The position numbers and the translations under genes were made by a program. A DNA stretch of 64,000 nt from Eledone cirrhosa (taxonomy: Eukaryota): positions 188,046,001 to 188,110,000 of the forward strand of contig OZ024743.1 in NCBI GenBank assembly GCA_964016885.1, written 5' to 3'. Within the stretch, counting starts at the first letter, position 1. Each line of letters opens with the position of its first letter. Positions 39,261 through 53,300 of this stretch are shown here, in pieces. Below the pieces are notes generated by a model. The model was given only the letters and a program-made list of their open reading frames with translations, ran no database searches and was not told the DNA's origin.

Positions 39261-41859
39261 TCTTATATTTAGAATAGGAAAGATTCAGTTCTTAAAATAT
39301 TTAGTTCCATATATGCTATTATGATAGATAATATAAAAATGTTTCATATCGCCTTTATGAAATAAGAAATAGGGTGAGTTATGAATAAAGCTTAAGATAA
39401 CATCAGGAAAACTTGGAAAAATAATTCTTTTTTTTTTTAATATGAACAACTGTAAAGGAAAAGAAACTCTTTATGTTGTGATAATATCTTGAAGTAGAAT
39501 TTCTGATGAAAATCTGTAAGCTATATTCTTATTTTATAGATAATGTTAAAGTTTCTATTAAACAAAGACAATATATACTGCATTTTATAGGCAAAATGCA
39601 AACAATACCAATAATAAATAAAATATAACGTTTAATACATTCATGTCATTTGTTCCTTTTCCTGTTTTACCACAAGGTGTAAAACTAATTCTGAAATACT
39701 GGTAATATAGAAATACAGGCAAGGAAATATGTTCCACTTGGATAAAATTATGTTGATGTAATAAGAACATCCCAATCTCAAATCTCAAAATGGGAAAAAA
39801 TTGCAACAACAAAACTACTATGTAATAGATATAACTCTAGAAATAAAAATCGTTCAGTTTAAATCATCTTTTGCCAAAGTTGTTATAGTGTCAGAAAGAA
39901 TGTTCAATTTCTTTATGTTTTGAGTTCAAATCCCTCTGGGGTCAATTTTCATGAAGTGATAAATATAGAATGATCGAAATACTGGAATATATCCTTCTCA
40001 ATCTTCTTTTGAATTTCTCTAGCTCTCTCTTTTGGAATTGGCTATATAGAGCCATGGAAGACCTATGGAAGATTGCAGACATAATCTTTTTTCCAGAAAT
40101 GGAGATAGGCTGAACAAAAGAAAAGCACCTCTTCTTCCCAAAAGCTTCCCATGTTACTGGGGCTGTCCATTGAAAGACAGTGGTGCAGTGCTCCACAACA
40201 GAGATCAAGAAACAGTTTCTAATTCTAAATTGTAGATGGTTCAGTCTAATTTATTGTATTGCCAATAAGAATCAGACAGAACTATTAAATAAACATTAAA
40301 TGCTTCTTAAATATAATATGATTCTTAAACTAACCATATATGGAGCTTTAATAATGGTCTTTAATTTTGACACAAAGTCAACAATGGTTTTTGGGGGGTG
40401 TGGAGTAGACAAAGTTGATTATAGTATTTGAGTGGTAATTTATTTTATTAAATCTGAAAGGATGAAAGACAAAGTTGACCTAAATGAGATTTGAACTGAG
40501 TGCATTAAGAGCCAAATACTGCCAATCTACCACCTTACATGAGGTGCTTTAATAATGCATTATACATTTTTGATTAATGTTTCCTTGCTTCTCTATATAT
40601 TCTGTCCAGGCATTCTGCAAACAGAATTTACAAATAGATATGATACTCATGCTGACTATTGTTAATTATACAATTAAAAATTAAAACTCTAGCTTTTGTT
40701 ATCCACATGATTTCATAGAAGTAATGCTTAAAGGGAAAATGTTTAACTTTAGTGTTAAATCAATTCATTTATTAGTCACATAATTTCATAGGATTAATCG
40801 TTAGATTTAATATCATAAATGTTAAACAGATCAGAATCAAATCATTTCAAAGAAAATTTATTGCTAATAAAACTTTCAAGAAATTCTGGGTTTTGTTGTT
40901 GTTGTTTAATCCCCAGTTGGAGATGATTGAATTGTTCCAGCTTTGATCATCTCAATATCTTTAGGTATAATCCATCCAGGACTATAACATTAAATGTATC
41001 TCACACGTTTAGAAATGGGATTTCATGGATGTTTGGCTGCTATTTTTAGTAGGTTTAGTGACCACCTAGAGGTTTTTTTAATTGAATTGAAATTTGGTAA
41101 CTATTACTGAGAACCGTGCAAAGTGGTTTAAGTACATGTAGTGCACCTGAGCACTGTACACAATATTTTCATTATTATTATTATATCAGAGTTACATTAA
41201 AGCATACTGCCCAGACGACGCAATAAAATATAAGGTAAATGTTAGGTTAGACACTAGCAGTATGAGTATTTCCTTGGCTCTTTAATCTTTTACCTAGCTT
41301 TTCAAAATAATCCAAATATAAGTAAATTTCATGGAGAGAAGTCTGATATATCTGGGCTGATCTGTCTGAGAAAACAGAAATTTGCCAACTGTTGAGAAAT
41401 ATTATCTCCCCATAACATACAAAATTATTTAAACATATATAATCCACTGTATAATTTTTACTGGGCAGTCAGTCATTAATATCTTCAGATTCTATTATTT
41501 TTTTACAACTACCTGTAAAGTAGTATTGCTGAGGACACAACAAAAAGCACCAACTTCATTCTGTTAGTTAGTAGTGCTGGAGTGAGGATAAAATACTGCC
41601 TGTGTATGCTGTAAGATGGTTAACATTTGGTAGAAACCAAATGATCAATCTAACCTCAGAATGTGACAACTTATGCAAATTTGGAAAATAGATACTAAAT
41701 AGTGATAACGAAAATGATAATTAAAGAATGTAAGATTGTAGAAACTTTTATATTCTGAGGACACAATTTTTATCAAACAATCGATATTTTCTAAATTTAA
41801 ATAAGAAGGTTCAACATAAAAGTTATGATGATAATGTATAAGATGAAACTGTTAGGTTA

Positions 41860-42268
41860 TCTAAATAAATAAAAGTCAAATGTCGTCCGTCCGTGTGTCA
41901 GTCCCTATGGAAGGGGATCGTGAAATTTCAACTTTTTGCTCAAAGCTCTGTGTAAGTATATGTGTGTGAATGTATGTGTAAAAGGGAGGAAAAGGGATGG
42001 TGAAAAAATATGGCAAAAACAGCCATCAGACTTCCAAACTTTCCACGCTCTGCGTGAGTGTATGTCTGAATGTATGAGTGTGTTTGTGTGAATATATGTG
42101 CGTATTTGTGTGAGTGTATGTCTGTATGTGTGTATTTGTGTGAGTTTATTGGTCTTTCTCGGTTTATATTTATACACACAAATATATATAATAACAACGA
42201 TATTAATTCAAATGTAAATACAGGTGTATATAACGATTCGAATGTAAATATTATATTCAATATGTTTG

Positions 42269-42300
<32 letters not shown>

Positions 42301-43960
42301 CATTCTCCCAGCGAAGAGTTTGTTTATATACATAGGCAAACATATATATACACACACACACAATTATGTGTGTAGAAATCTATATAATATTTGCGGATAT
42401 CTGTGTATATTGATGATTTTCTTTTTTTTGATATGTCAAAATATTTATTGAAAAATAATAATGATAATAATATATATCTGTTGTACAATACCAATGAGTG
42501 AGTGAGAGGAGGAGAAAGAGAGAGAAAGTTTCTGTTTACTTCTCTTCCACCCCTCCGTTTTCATTACAATTTCGTTGTTTCTTTGAAACATTTCGATAGA
42601 GAGAGAAATGTAAATAGTAGGAAAGAGTGTATATGTGAGGGTGTGAGTGAGTTAGAAAGGGAGAGAGAGTGAAAGAAACAGGCATAGAGACTAAAAAAGA
42701 TGAAGAGTTACAGAGGGTGAGAGAAAATATGTGTGTGTGAGAGAGAGAAATACAGATTGAGCACGAGAGAGAGAGAGAACAAGTTTGTATCAGAGTTGAA
42801 GAATTTGAAAGTGAGCACACACAAAGAGCGGGAGGTAGCGGGGGAGAGAGATACTGTATGAGTATGTTGTGTCAGTGAAGATACGTGCGTGTGTGTGAGA
42901 GAGACAACGCTTTGATATTGTAGCAGTGATCATGGCAGTGAAAGGGAGGAGGGGAGAGTAAATCATTGTTTCTACTTTTGGCACAAGGCCAGCAATATAA
43001 CACCAGTGTATTACTGGTACTTTATTTGATCGACCCCGTAAGGATGAAAGGCAAAGTTAACCTCGGCGGGATTTGATTTATATCTCCCTGAAGTTATTCA
43101 TGTAACGTTCGCTCATTTTTCATTTAATCCTAATTTCAATTTTCAAGAAAGTTGCCAAGGAGAAAAATGTTCTCATTCTCCACAAGCTCTTCAGACGTTG
43201 CTAACGAGGCAAGAGAGAGGTGGGGACATGCAGAAGAACAGTATTCTACAGTGCAGAAAAGGCAAGTACAGGTACCCAGAGCAAGGGCACTAGAGTCCCC
43301 TGCACAATGACAGCAAAGACATGAAAACGACCGAAGGAGGGCTGCTGAAGTTTGGGGTCCCAATAATGCTTCTAAGAAATTTAGACCCTCCTAAATTATA
43401 CAATGGGGCAAGGTTGAGTGTGAAGATATTATCACCTAATGTGATTGAAGCTACCATCATCATTGGGCGCACCTCTAGGGAAGATATTTCTATCACAAGA
43501 ATTCCAATTAAACCAACGGACATGCCATTCGAAACAATTCCCAGTGTGACTTAGCGTTGCAATGTCTATCAATAAAGCTGGAAATCAAACTTTACAATCT
43601 ACTGGCTTGCACTTAAATTAGCCTTTCTTTTCTCATGGTCAACTTTATGTTTGTTGCTCCAGGGTAGGTAGTTTACAAGACTTATTTGCCTATGCTCCGA
43701 ACCAGAAAACAAAGAATGTTGTTTACCCAGATGTAATTTCCTTCGACTCATGATAGAATTTATCTCCCCTCATAACAGAGATAAATTTTGTATTTTGATT
43801 TTTTATTAATTTCTGTATTATGAATTCAGAATTCATTTCATCATGTACCTCAACTGAAGAATAAATGGAATTTAGAAAAATAAATTTCTATACAAGTTTG
43901 CTTTCTTCTAATATATAAGGAACACTCTCATTCCCGAGCAATGCTGAGTGCGTGTTTTAG
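41860..43960 (+). mobile_element. Helitron deletion derivative with C-terminal PIF1-like helicase remnant (43321-43745)
   Basis: A|TC 5' end. GVPIMLLRNLDPPKLYNGARL..VIEATI..RIPIKPTDMPF; FPV..AMSINKA..QTL; FSHGQLYV..SRV; TKNVVY. Degenerate 3' hairpin cccgagcaatgctgag near 43933; 3' boundary approximate. Confidence 0.85.
42966..43076 (-). mobile_element. Partial SINE S1 nested in the Helitron
   Basis: Same consensus, head missing. Confidence 0.85.
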
Positions 43961-44244
43961 AGGGCCTGCGGTTGGCCCTTTATTGTTTTTTCTGTGTGCC
44001 TGTCTGTCGTACATGGCACAAAAAGCTTTGCTGTGGTAACTTGTCTTGCTAGAAATGACAGCAAAATAAAACCTTAGCTTCTACCATGCACGTGTGCACT
44101 CGCAGACACATACACACACACAGAGATTAAGTTGTATCTAGTTTGTACTACTATTTCTATATCTATGTATTCCTATCTATATATCAACAGTGTGGTAACT
44201 AGTTTCGCTTGAAATGACAACAAAATAAAACACTAGCTTCTAGA

Positions 44245-44256
44245 ACACACACACGC

Positions 44257-44326
<70 letters not shown>

Positions 44327-44345
44327 GCAAACACACACACACACG
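44245..44345. repeat. (CA)n microsatellite
   Basis: Direct inspection. Confidence 0.95.
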
Positions 44346-45825
44346 TTGATTTGTATCTATCTATGTATTACTCTTTTTGTCTCTATGTATTCCTATCTAA
44401 CTATCTATCACCAAGTACAGAAAGCATTATCCAAAGGTGAATGAACTGGAATTGTCTAATCTGAAATCATAAAAGTGCAATTGCATAAATAATATAACTC
44501 TGCTCCTTTTTAGTGGAATTTTTAACAGATGAGCATGAAAATAATATATTTTCTAATATTTTGTGATAAAATTTACTTACTAACAAAGATTTTACATGGT
44601 TGCATTTATTATCTAAGCCCCAAGGCAGCCCAAAGCCTATGATCAGAAGGATTTCATGTATATTAAACAGTTTTTTTGTTCTTTTTTTGTTTTTGTTTTT
44701 AATTAGTATCCTCTTTTTAATTGAATTTTCTGTGATTTTCATGATATTTGGTTGCTATTTCTAGCAGGGCAAGCGTAAATATACAGTATTGTTCACTGAC
44801 TCAAATATTTATTTTGTTTTTAAGTTGATTAGGAAATGTTTACATGACCACCAAACTGGTAAACCAATAAAATAACATGTTTTAAGGAAGGATACAATCA
44901 CCTTATATCTTGTGATTCGATATAAAGAATCAATATTTCCATTAATCATAATCTCATGGCTGGAATGTAACAACTGTTATTTTTCTACCAGAAGATATCT
45001 TGTAAGCAAGGCTTAAGGGGTTATAAAACCAGTTTATTGACTCAATATAAGTTTCAGATATCTTATAGATAGGAATATTCTGGTTCGTGTAGTAAAAGCT
45101 TTGGAAACCAATTTTAGAGCTGCCACAATAACCAAAACATAAATCAATCATTTGATCAATCCGTCAATTTTTCTTATAACCTGATTATTCTTGGAAAATC
45201 TATGACATATATACATTATATATAATTCTGATTGTTGATTTGGGTTTTTTTTTTCAAAAAAGATATATTTCAATAATATATCAAATTGAAATATATTTTA
45301 TCTATACATTGCAAAAATCAAAGAAAATAATAGAAAATATATTGAAAGGAAACGAAGCTGTTTCGTAAAATTAATTATAGTCAATAATAATGATTTTCTA
45401 CATTGGCACAAGACTTGTAAAGAAAGGATTTAGTCGATAAAATCAGCCTCATTTTGTTCATATATATATATATAATGAAGTACCAGGACATCCCAGCAGA
45501 AGGAAGCCACAGTCAAGGTAGACAAAGCACAACCTGAGCAGAGGTGGTGAGAGCTGATCTCAAATCAGTGAGACTCACAGGGAAGATAATGAAGGAAAGT
45601 AGTAAGTGGAGAGATGCTGTACTGAAAAGGACCCATCCAACAACCTATGCAAGCATGGAAAAACAAATGTAAAAACAATGATGATGATGACACACACACA
45701 TGCACACACATATATATTTATATAGATATATAGATATAGATATATACACATACACACACACACTCACATATATACATCTATATACATATATATATGCATA
45801 CACGCACACACACACATATATACAT

Positions 45826-45868
<43 letters not shown>

Positions 45869-45871
<3 letters not shown>

Positions 45872-47535
45872 GAGAAATACCTAGCTAAAAGTAAACCCCT
45901 ATACTTAGCTTTTGTCGACTTGGAGAAAGCCTTCGACAGAGTACCCCGTTCCATTATCTGGTGGGCTCTTAGAAAACTAGGTGTTGACGAATGGCTTGTG
46001 AGAGCTATACAAGCCATGTATAAAGAAACAGTCGGCAAGGTTAGAATTAACAATGAATATAGTGAAGAGTTTAGCGTAAAAGTTGGTGTTCATCAGGGCT
46101 CTGTTCTTAGCCCCCTACTATTTATTATTGCCCTTCAGGCTATAACAATGGAGTTCAAGACCGGCTGCCCATGGGACTCCTATACGCAAATGATCTAACG
46201 CTCATAGCTGAATCAATGGCCGAGCTAGAGAAGAAATTCCAAACATGGAAGCACGGCCAAGAATCAAAAGGCCTTAAAATTAATCTGGCTAAGACTAAAG
46301 TTCTAGTTTGTAGGAAAGAAAATAAGGCGTCGGTCCCTTCCGGGAAATGGCCATGCTCAGTGTGTAGGAAAGGCGTAGGTAGAAACTCCATTTTATGTCC
46401 CAAATGCAAAGTATGGGTGCATAAAAGATGTAGTGGGATCACAGGTAAGCTAACTAAGAACATAGATTTTACATTTGGCCGGTGCTCTGGTGCAATAAGT
46501 AGCAGCAAGTGCCCACGAAATACTAGCTCTTTCAATTGCGCAGAGGGTTCTATAGAAATAGTGGACAGCTTCCGTTACCTGGGTGACAAAATCAGCAGTG
46601 TGGGAGGGTGCTCTGAAAGTACAGTAGCTAGAGTCAGAACTGGATGGAAAAAGTTCAGAGAGCTTATACCACTATTAGCCGCTAAAGGGTTCTCCCTCAA
46701 AATGAAAGGCAGGTTGTATGATGCCTGCATACGAACAGCAATGTTGCATGGCAGTGAGACCTGGGCATTGTGTGCAGAGGATATATGCAGACTAGAGAGG
46801 AATGAAGCTTGCATGCTCCGCTGGATGTGTAATAGTAATATACGTGAACGGCAAAGCATAAACGAACTAAGGAAAAAATTAGAAATAAGATGGATCAGAT
46901 GTTGTTTACTCGAGAGAAGGCTACGTTGGTATGGTCACGTGATGCGCATGAAAGACGACAGCTGTATAACAAAGTGCAGGGCAATAAAGATAGACGGTAG
47001 CCACGGAGTAGGCAGACTCAGAAAAACCTGGGACGACCTGATAAATTCTGACCTCACACACTTACACCTCTCCAAGACAATGTCACTGGACCGAGATCTT
47101 TGGCGGTACTCAGTAATAGAGAAGACCCCGCCTTACCTAAATACAAAGTAAAACCTACTACAGTCAGTAGGCATCTCTAACAAAATACACCCCTTCCCAC
47201 CACCCCCACCCCATCCACACCGCTCCTTTCAATGTAAAGTTATGTTGGTCCCACAACATCCAGGCCGAAACAAATGATATCGTGTAGGTGTCACGACAAA
47301 AAAACACACAGTCCACGCTGTAAATGTGGCCGTGTAGGCAACACGGTAAAAACCTCCCAGCCCCACACTGTAAATGTGGTTGGTGTTAGGAAGGGCATCC
47401 AGCTGTAGAAAACCCGCCAGACAGTCCTATGCGAGCAAGACAACCACTCTTGCCTCAAGTGGGAAAACTCCCGTCCAAACCCATGCAAGCGTGGAACATG
47501 GACGTTAAACGATGATGATGATGATGATGATGATA
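45869..47535 (+). mobile_element. 5'-truncated RTE LINE (RT with PHD-like insert), inserted in (TA)n, (GAT)n tail
   Basis: FVDLEKAFDRVPR, GVHQGSVLSPLLF, frameshift then LLYANDL, GLKINLAKTKVL, FRYLG, RLRWYGHVMR. Confidence 0.95.
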
Positions 47536-48257
47536 TATATATATATATATAAATGAAAATAAAATTAATGTAAGCAAAATGCCAACAATAATTCAGGAAT
47601 ATATATATATATATATAAAGAATGAATAATAACAGGTAGACATCATAAAAAGGGAATACAGAATACAGAAGGATTAGGAACTAAGTTTCTTCAACAATTC
47701 TTCCATAACTCGTTGAGTAACCTCTCACCGTACGTCAACCCTATCCAATGTAGTAATTAACCATTACTGCATCTAGGATAATCCTATACCTAATATATAT
47801 ATATATATATATTGAAAATAGAGGTAGAAGCTTTCACCATTAATTTATTACTGAAAATAGTCTAATATTAAGGCATATGAACCGCCATAAGGAAAAAAAA
47901 TAGGCATTAGCATGCATGGGAATCAAAACCGTACCTATTATTTTCATAAGTATGCTGAACTGATTGCACCAACATACCCATCCTATTTTTCCCCCCATGA
48001 AATTTAGAAGCTATAGAGTAAATAGTGGTAAATATGAAAGCATGTGTGAATTAGGATACAGTGGTGATTGAAAATAAGTGGTATGGGTTCAATTTCTATA
48101 CATGCTAATGCCCTTTGGTTTTCATTATGGAGATCCATATTCCGTAATATTAGACTATTTTTTGTAGACAATTTATGGTGAAGGCTTCTAATTTTATTTT
48201 TAAAATTTTCAGTCACCACCATATGCAAATTCACACGGACTTATATATATATATAAA

Positions 48258-49535
48258 GATGGAAGTTTTAATAAGTAGAAAAGATGACAAGAAAGTAGCC
48301 TTGTTTGAGAGGGGTGGGAGAAATTCCATAAGGTGCATACAATGTAAAATATGGAGGCACAAGAGTAAGTTTGCAGGTAGACTAACGGCAAAGATAGACT
48401 TTATATGTAGCAGATGCACAGGGGAAGTAAGCATAAAGAGCACATGTGAAATAGTTTCCATCAGCTGCCATGGGAGCTCCATAGAAATTGTTGACAGCTT
48501 TAGCTACTTAGATGATCAAATTAGTAGTGGGGGAGGATGTGGTGAAAGTTATGATAAGAACAGGCTGGAAGAAGTTTAGAGATATATTACTGCTACTAAC
48601 AACAAAATGCTTTTTTCTCAGAGTGAAGAAGAGACTGTATAATGCTTGTGTGTGAACTGCAGTGCTATATGGCAGTGAAACATAGGCCTTGACTGCAGAG
48701 GCTAAAAAGAAATGAGTCAAGTATGCTCCCATGGATGTGTAATGTTAGTGTGCATGAGTGATATAGCATAAGCAAACTGAGAGAAAAACTTGGCATAAGA
48801 AGAACTGGATGTAATGTGCAAGAGAAAAGACTGCATTGGTATGGACATGTGATGCACATGGAAGATAGCAGATGCATATATAAATGCAGAGAAAGCCCAG
48901 TGGTTGGGACTCTTGAGGCTTCCCAGGAAGGCAAGGGATGAGGTTGTTAAAACTGATCTAAAAAAAAAACCTCACAACAGAAATGACTAAAGACCGCGAG
49001 GGCTGGCGCCATGCAGTACTGATTTAGACCCGACCTGTAGCATACAATGTGACCTAACCTATACCCATGCCCCAGCCTCTACTAGCACACACCAATAGTT
49101 ATCCTCAAAATCATACATCAACCCCATGCTGCATGCACCCTCCATTCTTAGCAGCTGCCCTCACCTCTTCTGTGAAGTGGTTGGTGATTGGAGGACCTTC
49201 AGCCATGTCAGGGACATGACAGCTTCCCAAGAGTTGGTGATATACACAATAAATGTGCCCAGTACACACAGTAAAGTGATTGGTGATAGGAAGGGCATCC
49301 AGACATTAAAATATTTCCAACAAATGGGTCGGGAGGACCCTCAGTTGTGTCAAAGACAGGACAACTTCTCCTGTGCACTCATTGAAGCGCCGACCATACA
49401 TAGGGTGAGACACAAATCCTTGGCCTACATGGGAGATCAGTGGTTCTGCTTCAGTACTAACTTGGTCTATGTAGACCTGTCCAACCCTTGCTAGCAGGGA
49501 AAGCAGTTGTTAAAATGGTGATAATGATGATGATA
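48258..49535 (+). mobile_element. Older degenerate copy of the same RTE lineage with 3'UTR
   Basis: GRNSIRCIQCKIWRHK...DFICSRC...IEIVDSFSYL. Tail cccttgctagcagggaaa...gatgat. Confidence 0.82.
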
Positions 49536-49798
49536 TATCATGCATTTTGTGAATACCTTCATTGGTTATATGTTTTATACATACCAGTCAGTGCTTCACT
49601 ATAATTTCAATGGAGAGAGTGACAAATGAGTGTCTGTGTAATGTGAACAGAATAAATGCCATGGACCACAAGGTGATTTTGTTTATAACACCAGCTTGTC
49701 ATCAGTTTTTTCACAAATGTGTATTTCTTTTGCTGAGACATAGACATTCACATACAGTTATAGATATAAATGTTTATATTCCTATTACAGTAGATAAT

Positions 49799-49981
49799 TG
49801 TTTCTACTTTAGGCACAAGGCCAGCAATTACCCAGTGCATTACTGGTACTTTATTTTATCGACCCCGTAAGGATGAAAGGCAAAGTCAACCTCGGCGGGA
49901 TTTGAACTCAGATCGTAAAGGGACGTAACTATGCTGGAAAGCATGGCGCCGACCCTCTACCGATACTGCCAATCCACTGCC
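49799..49981 (-). mobile_element. Full-length SINE S1 with TSD tattacagtag(a/c)taat
   Basis: Consensus match plus flanking duplication. Confidence 0.9.
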
Positions 49982-51339
49982 TTATTACAGTAGCTAATGC
50001 ATGCTTAAAGATCACCAGAGTATATAAAATTTCACATGCTGAATATATAAATGTATATAAAGTTACCAATTGGCGTATAGACTTGGAAAAATATTAATAT
50101 TTGAATTTTTTTCTATTATTTACATCTGTATATGTAAAAAAAGTATAAATGCTTTTATTGATAATTCAAAATATTTTAAAAGGAAAGTTTGTTTCGATTT
50201 TCATCCTTCTTCTCTTTGTGCATAACTTTATAGCAGTTAAGTGTATTTCTAACTTGTATTCTTATCTGCATCACTTTTATAAGTTTGGATTTGTATTCAT
50301 TGTTATCTGCTTCCAATTTTCAAATATTCTAAAATTAGCATCGATTAATTTAATTAAGAATTGTTTTGTTGGTGCCTCAATTTATTTGATGCTCATCCTA
50401 AACTCATTCCTGCTCTAATTTTAAAAGATCATGTCATAATTAGAGTTCACATCATGTGAGTCAAACATCTCTTTGAAATTACTGTTATCTATTCTAGACA
50501 TTTCCCAAGTGTAAACAAATTTGAGTGATTTCTGCAATAGCCACTGTTACTTCCACTTCAAATTCACAAAATCCATTTGTAAAGTGCGGAAGTGTAGCTT
50601 TTTAACAGCATATTACTGGTTGTTAGCTCACACCTTGCCTTAGTATTTTCCAATATATTTTTATGCTTAAAATCGTTTCAAAAGCCTGTAAGATTAATTA
50701 CATTTCATTCTGTTGTCAATTCAATAGCTCAGATAAAAGTTTGGATAAGATGTAGGTCTTTAGTGTTATTACTACTCTCTGGTTCATTGATTGTAGCAAT
50801 TAAAGAATATTTGCTAATGAGAATACAAATTTAACATTGCGAGATGTGACTTAACACATTATGGAAAATTAATAAAATTTTAAAGCACCAAACTATCCTA
50901 TTGTCTAGGAACATGCACTTTAAGAACATGCTTAGAGCCATCATCATCTATGGGGTGGATTTTATTTGTAAAGTCTGGGGCCATGTCTAATAGGTCCATG
51001 GAGATCAAAGGGTAGAAATCTGCAATGTCACATAGAATAAACCTAGTGATTTTTGTGTCATTGATACTCTACTACTAATAGTATAAATATTTATAATTTA
51101 AAAATGGTTTCATAGTTAAATAAATTACTCAATACATTAGTGGAGAGTAGGAAAGGTACATATTTATATCACAAAGAAAATAACTTCTACACAAGAACTG
51201 TTTCGTTCATTTGAATTCATCAGCAAAGTTGTAGTCCTATAGAATTCAAAGACACACACACACACACACACATATTTTGTGTTAGTTGATTAACGGACAG
51301 ATAGAGCACTTGACAAAGTGTACATGTAGATCTATGTAC

Positions 51340-52040
51340 TCCAGAGTATTGGTATTAAAACGAAGTAGAAGTCACTAGGTTAGAATATATCTAATTTTAT
51401 TAAATAAATGTTGTTATATACAATTTGATGGCAATTGCTCTGTAACAGCATAAGCCTCATCAGACAGCTATTACATCATCATTTTTTTAATTATGGTTAT
51501 CATTTTTACGTCCATTTTTCCATGCTTGCATTGATTGGATGGGTCCTTTCAGAACACTACCTCTCCCCTTACCATGTTCCTTCATTATCTCATCTGTGAT
51601 ATTCAGAGATTTGAGATCAGCACCTCTGCTTGGCCTACCTCTACTGCAGCTTCGTTACAGGGATTTCCTGGCACTTCTTCACCCAGTGATCATCATCCAT
51701 GTGCATCACATGTCCGTACCAATGCAGTCTTCTCTCTTGCACACTACTTCAGATTCCTTTACATGAATAAAGTAACAAAAATGAAATTAATAAAGTTTAA
51801 TCATGCAGTTTCTATTCAGTGATGTGATCTATTACTGAATGGAAACTGCATGAGTAATTTTCATTCATTTCATTTTCGTTCATGTTACTTTATGCATGTA
51901 CATTTTCTTCAACTAATGGCTGTCTGATGAAGTCGTAATTGTTACATAATATTAGTTACCATTGTAATTCGTGTAACAGCGATTATGTAATAAAATAAAA
52001 TACATTTCAACCTATTGCCTTTAATCCTCCATTCTATTCC
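51340..52040. mobile_element. Old fold-back element with a CTGATGA core in both arms, interrupted by an RTE 3' fragment (~51495-51760, minus)
   Basis: The reverse complement of 51340-51472 aligns with 51915-52035 (gctgtctgatga...acaac/acagc...taataaaat...aaccta). Central imperfect hairpin at 51761-51900. Confidence 0.65.
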
Positions 52041-52614
52041 TTTCATTAGCACTCATTAACAGCTATTCTCACAACATCACTGTGCACAACCCATGCCACC
52101 CACACACATTCTAGCAGCTGCCCCCCTGTTTGGTAAGCCCTCCATTGAGCCATGGAGGGCTTGCCAAACAAAGGGATGGGAGGACTCTCAGTTGTGCTAT
52201 ACATATGAAATTTCTCCTGTGCACTCAATAGAACATGAGACCAGCTACTGATCTCCTGGCCAGTCTAGGAGATCAATAGCTCTGCTTCAGTACTGACTTA
52301 GTCAATGTAGCCATTTCTAACCCTTGCTAGCAGGGAAAGTGTTCATTAAAATGATGACACAGGACTGTTATCTCTGGCATTAAGATGTAATACAGATGAC
52401 CCACCTTCCCATGTGCATGGGTTGAGGTATACATCTATTATGCGCTACCTTCACCTCCATCACCCCTTCCATACACCTCCTACATCATAACATTCCACCC
52501 ATGTCCTAACACCCCACACTACACCTACGTATTAACACCCTACCCCACACCCATTCTCCTAGATCTACCTCCCCAATCTCCATATATATACATATATATA
52601 CAAATAGGAAAAGA

Positions 52615-52694
52615 GTATTTTCCTATTACCCACTCTACTACCCTAAGTATTGAGTACTCTGGTGCGTTATGGTCCACCTGATATCTTACCACCC

Positions 52695-52698
<4 letters not shown>
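52615..52698 (+). mobile_element. Terminal-repeat fragment of the second PLE between (TA)n and (CT)n
   Basis: Reverse complement of 61760-61840. Confidence 0.85.
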
Positions 52699-52767
<69 letters not shown>

Positions 52768-52768
<1 letters not shown>

Positions 52769-52888
52769 GAAGGCGTGTGGCGGAGTGGTTAGAGAATTGG
52801 ATTCGCAATCGTAAGGTTGTGAGTTCGATTCCTGGACCAGGCGATGCGTTATGTCCTTGAGCAAGACACTTTATTTCACGTTGCTCCT
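52768..52888 (+). mobile_element. tRNA-head SINE fragment with Meta-like core (S2-related)
   Basis: TGGCGGAGTGG A box, GAGTTCGATTCC B box, gtccttgagcaagacactttatttcac. Confidence 0.82.
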
Positions 52889-52964
52889 TCTACTTGGAGT
52901 TGCGACTGATAGATAGTATTAGCAATTGGAAAGACCAACGGAAAGTCGATCGTCCCTCTCTCTG

Positions 52965-53004
<40 letters not shown>

Positions 53005-53115
53005 GGCTATCAGTAGAAAATCGTGTTTTATATTTGGGTTTTACATTCTCATCAGATAAACCTTTAGTACGGATTTTCAAATTGTCACATCACCTTTCAT
53101 TAATATTAACCTTCA

Positions 53116-53300
53116 AGGGTGGTGGATTGGCAGTATCGGTAGAGGGTCGGACGCCATGCTTTCCAGCATAGTTACGTCCCTTTACGGTCTGAGTTCAAAT
53201 CTCGCCGAGGTTGACTTTGCCTTTCATCCTTATGGGGTCGATAAAATAAAGTACCAGTAATGCATGGGTAATTGCTGGCCTTGTGCCTAAAGTAGAAACA
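53116..53300 (+). mobile_element. Full-length SINE S1 with TSD attaatatt(a/g)accttca
   Basis: Consensus match plus TSD. Confidence 0.9.

Noticed and set aside
38991-39324. Lys/Arg/Glu-rich ORFs
   Set aside because: Translation of an A-rich simple repeat.
52768-52840. tRNA gene
   Set aside because: A/B boxes run directly into the SINE core with no proper acceptor stem. This and the other tRNA-like heads are SINEs.
53020-53065. Possible hammerhead on the minus strand (CTGATGA-GAATGTAAAACCC-AAATATA) next to (TA)n
   Set aside because: Helix II is unpaired and G12 is missing; too degenerate to call.
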